From: Candidatus Binatia bacterium
GTDB lineage: Bacteria; Desulfobacterota; Binatia; UBA12015
Assembly (NCBI GenBank): GCA_029248525.1
Contig: JAQWJE010000014.1
Location: 139,561 to 203,560, forward strand
Length of the DNA stretch: 64,000 nt
Direction: 5' to 3'
Every line of letters starts with the position of its first letter. The first letter of the stretch is position 1. The translations under genes and the position numbers were made by a program. The notes under the pieces are model-generated. The model was not told the DNA's origin and searched no databases. It saw only the letters and a list, made by a program, of their open reading frames with translations. Shown piece by piece: positions 61,701 through 64,000 of this stretch.

Positions 61701-61975
61701 TCGATCTTCTCGTCAATCGCCGCGCGATGATGCCCGACTTGAAGAGCCAACCGGAGGGCTAACGCGGCCTCGGGAGGAGCATCCACCCTCGCCTCTGAAG
61801 AGACATCTGAAGGCAGCTCTTCGCTTCCGCTCCCGGCCGCAGAGTCGTCGCTCTCGACAACCAGCAGGGCCGAATCAATAGCTTCCTCTGCGGAGGCCCC
61901 GGCCAATTCCATCTGATAAAGCGCCTGCACCGCCAACCGTCGGGCGCGGCGCCGCTCTTCCACATCGGCTGCCAC
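58763..61975 (-). CDS. leuS: Leucine--tRNA ligase carrying an in-frame N-terminal NusB domain (NusB-LeuS fusion; LeuS may also start at GTG 61450)
   Basis: MFPYPSG.LHMGH, editing domain [31 protein letters not shown]; no stop codon between the NusB and LeuS parts. Confidence 0.93.
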   Translation of the reverse strand: MAADVEERRRARRLAVQALYQMELAGASAEEAIDSALLVVESDDSAAGSGSEELPSDVSSEARVDAPPEAALALRLALQVGHHRAAIDEKIDGAGARWRLERMARMDAQVLRLAVAEMTGPDAPPIAVVIDEAIRLARDFCGDESPQFVNGVLDAVARTMLEDKVPNAGEAERVSVEATDKDRFRFDPRIEGRWQEIWKSRGIFKAGRRPDAERRYVLEMFPYPSGDLHMGHGKNYYIGDSLTRYYVMQGYDVLHPFGWDAFGLPAENAAIKTGRPPGEWTLQNIAESKGSLEAAGIIYDWDCEVTTCKPDYYRWTQWLFQLLYRRGLAYRAKATVNWDPVDQTVLANEQVDAQGRSWRSGALVEKRDLDQWFFRITDYAERLLEDLDELSGWPEKVKAMQRNWIGRSEGAQVEFAVGAAGDSISVFTTRPDTLFGATFLVLAPEHALVDTLTTVDQREAMDDYVAAASRRSDVERQNLDREKTGVFTGSYAENPVNGESVPVWVADYVLTGYGTGAIMAVPAHDERDFAFAEKFEISRRTVIVPEGETPPTAEPDAAYIGEGVLVNSGDWDGVPNREAGEGIVTRLEAASQGGAKVTYRLRDWLVSRQRYWGTPIPMLHRPDGTIVPVPDKDLPVVLPVIEDYKPRGRSPLAANEEFVNAVDPETGGVAFRDTDTMDTFVDSSWYFLRYADATNTEEIWSKAAMERWLPVDQYIGGVEHAILHLLYSRFITKVLFDEGLVPESEPFRALFTQGMVQRRVQTPLSLSEDGQLLAPESLCKSIGIEARSLPQSEMQTALRAASHDLVEKDGLFFARSGPEKMSKSAGNGVPMGPFIREHGSDVARITILFSAPAENNMEWSDEGVAGAERFLTRITTLVGKDREALTALRASAAAEIAAAEAGRVEGEGDRDLLRLLHASVKKVSEDLEKLAFNTSIAALMEMLNQLQKHRAAHADLSPTYVATIGVFLRLLAPFAPHLAEELHSWLGHGESIFDGGWPSYSGEALVEDSFEIVLQINGKVRGRFSVAADVSKEALEGIAVENEKVQAALEGKEVRKIIVVPGRLVNVVIG
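61451..61975 (-). other. nusB: NusB transcription antitermination domain (N-terminal part of the fused ORF)
   Basis: [37 protein letters not shown]; follows ribH. Confidence 0.9.
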
Positions 61976-61978
61976 CAA

Positions 61979-62455
61979 TCAGCTCCGACGGGCAATCTCG
62001 GCAAGGACGCTCACCATCTCGAGCGCGGTCACCGCAGCTTCGTAGCCCTTGTTACCGTGCCCGTCACCAGACCGGGCCAATGCTTGATCCATCGTATCGG
62101 TTGTGAGAACCCCGAATGCAACCGCGATCGAATGGCGCAATCCAATTTCATTTACGCCGCGACTCACTTCCTGCGAAATGAAATCGAAATGAGGAGTTTC
62201 GCCACGAACGATTGCCCCGAGACAAAGGATTGCCTTGTAGGATCCCGTTCGCGCGCAGGCGTCGGCCGCTGCCGTAATCTCGAAAGCGCCAGGGACGTGA
62301 AAGACATCGATCGCCTCCCGCTTCGCACCATATTCGAGCAATCCAGCGATCGCCCCGTCCAGAAGCGACCGCGTCACAGCGCGATTGAATCGAGAAACCA
62401 CGATCGCATAGCGACCACCACTGGCGTCGAGCGAGCCTGTGAACTCCTGTGTCAT
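61979..62455 (-). CDS. ribH: 6,7-dimethyl-8-ribityllumazine synthase
   Basis: VSRFN, VPGAFE, RGETPHF, FGVLT, R...NKG.EAA; TGATG overlap with ribBA. Confidence 0.97.
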   Translation of the reverse strand: MTQEFTGSLDASGGRYAIVVSRFNRAVTRSLLDGAIAGLLEYGAKREAIDVFHVPGAFEITAAADACARTGSYKAILCLGAIVRGETPHFDFISQEVSRGVNEIGLRHSIAVAFGVLTTDTMDQALARSGDGHGNKGYEAAVTALEMVSVLAEIARRS

Positions 62456-63681
62456 CAATCCCCACCGCCCTCGCCGGAAAGCCCGCTGAGCAAATGACCC
62501 AGCTTCCTCTTTTTGGTTCGGAGATATTCGATATTGCCATCGTGCGGATCCACTTCGAGAGCCACTCGTTCGGCGACATCGATCCCGTGCTGAGAGAGTC
62601 CCTTTATCTTGCGTTCATTATTCGTCAGCAGACGGACCGACCGGATCCCCAGATCGCGCAGAATCTGCGCCGAAATCCCGTAATCGCGAGCGTCTTCCTG
62701 AAAACCGAGCTCAAGGTTCGCCTCGACCGTATCCCGTCCCTGGTCCTGCAGAGCATACGCTCGAATCTTGTTCGCCAATCCAATTCCACGGCCCTCTTGA
62801 TGAAGGTAGACGACAACACCCTCGCCAGCTTCGTCAATCCGGTGCATTGCCGCTTCGAGCTGCTCGCCGCAATCACAACGCCGCGAACCCAGGACATCCC
62901 CAGTAAGACACTGTGAATGCACCCGAACCAACGGGGCCCGGTCGGCCTGCAAACTGCCTCGTACCACGGCGAGGTGCTCCGTATCGTCAATCTTGTTGCG
63001 GTAGGCCACAGCTCGATAGGTGCCACCGAAGGACGATTCGAGATTCGACTCCTCCAACCGTTCGACAAGGAGTTCATGGCGCAGTCGATGCGCCACCACA
63101 TCCCCCACAGCCACGACCGGCAAACCATGCGTTTCGGCGAAACCCAACAAGGTGTCCCCAGCGGCCAACTCACCTGCCTCATCCAACACGGCGCAGGTCG
63201 CTGCGGCAGGCCGCAGCGAGGCCAGACGCGCGAGGTCAATGGCGGCTTCCGTTGGTCCGGGCTTTTCCAATACCCCGCCCTCGGCGGCCTGAATGGGAAG
63301 CACATGCCCGGGCATCACGATATCCGCCGAGTTGCTTCGCGCATCGACAGCCACGCGAATCGTGGCAGCGCGATCAGCTGCCGAAATCCCCGTCGTGACT
63401 CCCCGACGAGCCTCAAAGGATGTCCCGTAGGCAATAGCGGCATCGGTGGAACGATCCGCTGCGATCAGCGGAATCCCCAGACGCTCCATGGAGGCCGGCA
63501 GCAGAGGCATGCAGACCAAGCCCTTCGCGTGAACCGCCATGAAGCTCACATGATCGTCGAGAACCATCTCCGCGGCCACGCAAAGATCCCCCGCTGTAGG
63601 TTGGTTCAGATCATCCACAACCAGAATCATCTTCCCCTCGCGCAGCGCCGTGAGCGCCGGCTCCAGATTGCTTTCTTCCAT
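62455..63681 (-). CDS. ribA: RibBA-type protein: intact GTP cyclohydrolase II with a degenerate DHBP synthase domain
   Basis: RVHSQCLTGD..S.RCDC, QEGRGIGL, RDYG, LTNN intact; RibB-domain catalytic residues substituted. Confidence 0.92.
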   Translation of the reverse strand: MEESNLEPALTALREGKMILVVDDLNQPTAGDLCVAAEMVLDDHVSFMAVHAKGLVCMPLLPASMERLGIPLIAADRSTDAAIAYGTSFEARRGVTTGISAADRAATIRVAVDARSNSADIVMPGHVLPIQAAEGGVLEKPGPTEAAIDLARLASLRPAAATCAVLDEAGELAAGDTLLGFAETHGLPVVAVGDVVAHRLRHELLVERLEESNLESSFGGTYRAVAYRNKIDDTEHLAVVRGSLQADRAPLVRVHSQCLTGDVLGSRRCDCGEQLEAAMHRIDEAGEGVVVYLHQEGRGIGLANKIRAYALQDQGRDTVEANLELGFQEDARDYGISAQILRDLGIRSVRLLTNNERKIKGLSQHGIDVAERVALEVDPHDGNIEYLRTKKRKLGHLLSGLSGEGGGD

Positions 63682-63687
63682 CCTCAA

Positions 63688-64000
63688 CTATTTCCTTCCC
63701 GCTCGTATTGGTCGGCCGGAATGCAGAATATCGCGCCCAACCATCGCTATCTCATGCGCCTCAAGTCGAATACCCTTTCCGGGGTCTTCGATTCCCAGCG
63801 GGCCGAGCATGCTTGTCCCGTCACCTCCGATGAAAACAGGCGCCTGAAAAAGTGCCACCTCATCGACATATCCGTGACGCATCAGGGAACCGGCCAGAGC
63901 CGCTCCCCCTTCAACCAGTACCGAAAGAATGTCCAATTTGCCCAGATGGCGTAGAAGGCTTTGTGGATCCACCCGGCCCGCACGACTCCCGACCCGCACG
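63688..64000 (-). CDS. ribD: RibD (deaminase/reductase), C-terminal part; truncated by the window edge
   Basis: SVLVEGGA.L, VDE...F.AP..IGG, VGRDI; upstream of ribBA. Confidence 0.9.
   Translation of the reverse strand, partial: VRVGSRAGRVDPQSLLRHLGKLDILSVLVEGGAALAGSLMRHGYVDEVALFQAPVFIGGDGTSMLGPLGIEDPGKGIRLEAHEIAMVGRDILHSGRPIRAGRK

Noticed and set aside
1..64000. CRISPR array, prophage, IS element or integrase
   Set aside because: No regularly spaced repeats, and no transposase, recombinase or phage gene motifs in any ORF.

Overview
A GC-rich bacterial chromosome segment. Gene order and the Cys-rich secreted proteins suggest a deltaproteobacteria-like lineage such as Candidatus Binatia; this taxonomy is inference. 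The left ~27 kb is accessory. It holds secreted and lipoprotein enzymes (beta-helix protein, CBM2 protein with a His-rich unknown domain, a PHM-type copper monooxygenase fused to a c-type heme plus a neighbouring cytochrome c lipoprotein, subtilase, paraoxonase-like and PHB-depolymerase-like esterases), oxidoreductases, tRNA-Arg(CCT) with a decayed copy 2 kb downstream, and a GT2 gene with two paralogous GT-C-like membrane proteins. The right ~37 kb is core genome: secF-recR-ybaB-dnaX-ffs-pgsA, nadB, purF, dut, pnp-rpsO-truB-rbfA-infB-ylxR-nusA-rimP, greA, comF-purN, pyrD, grxC, mazG, rpsT, holA-lptE-leuS-nusB-ribH-ribBA-ribD. The core region has several anomalies: an intact but apparently catalytically dead PurL paralogue, a RibBA whose RibB domain has lost its active site in an operon lacking riboflavin synthase, an in-frame NusB-LeuS fusion, a TPR + cold-shock-domain protein behind purN, secF without secD, and a dnaX with no clean start codon. 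The GT2 gene probably starts at ATT. No integrase, transposase, CRISPR array or rRNA was seen. All family calls come from motif recognition by eye, not from database searches.
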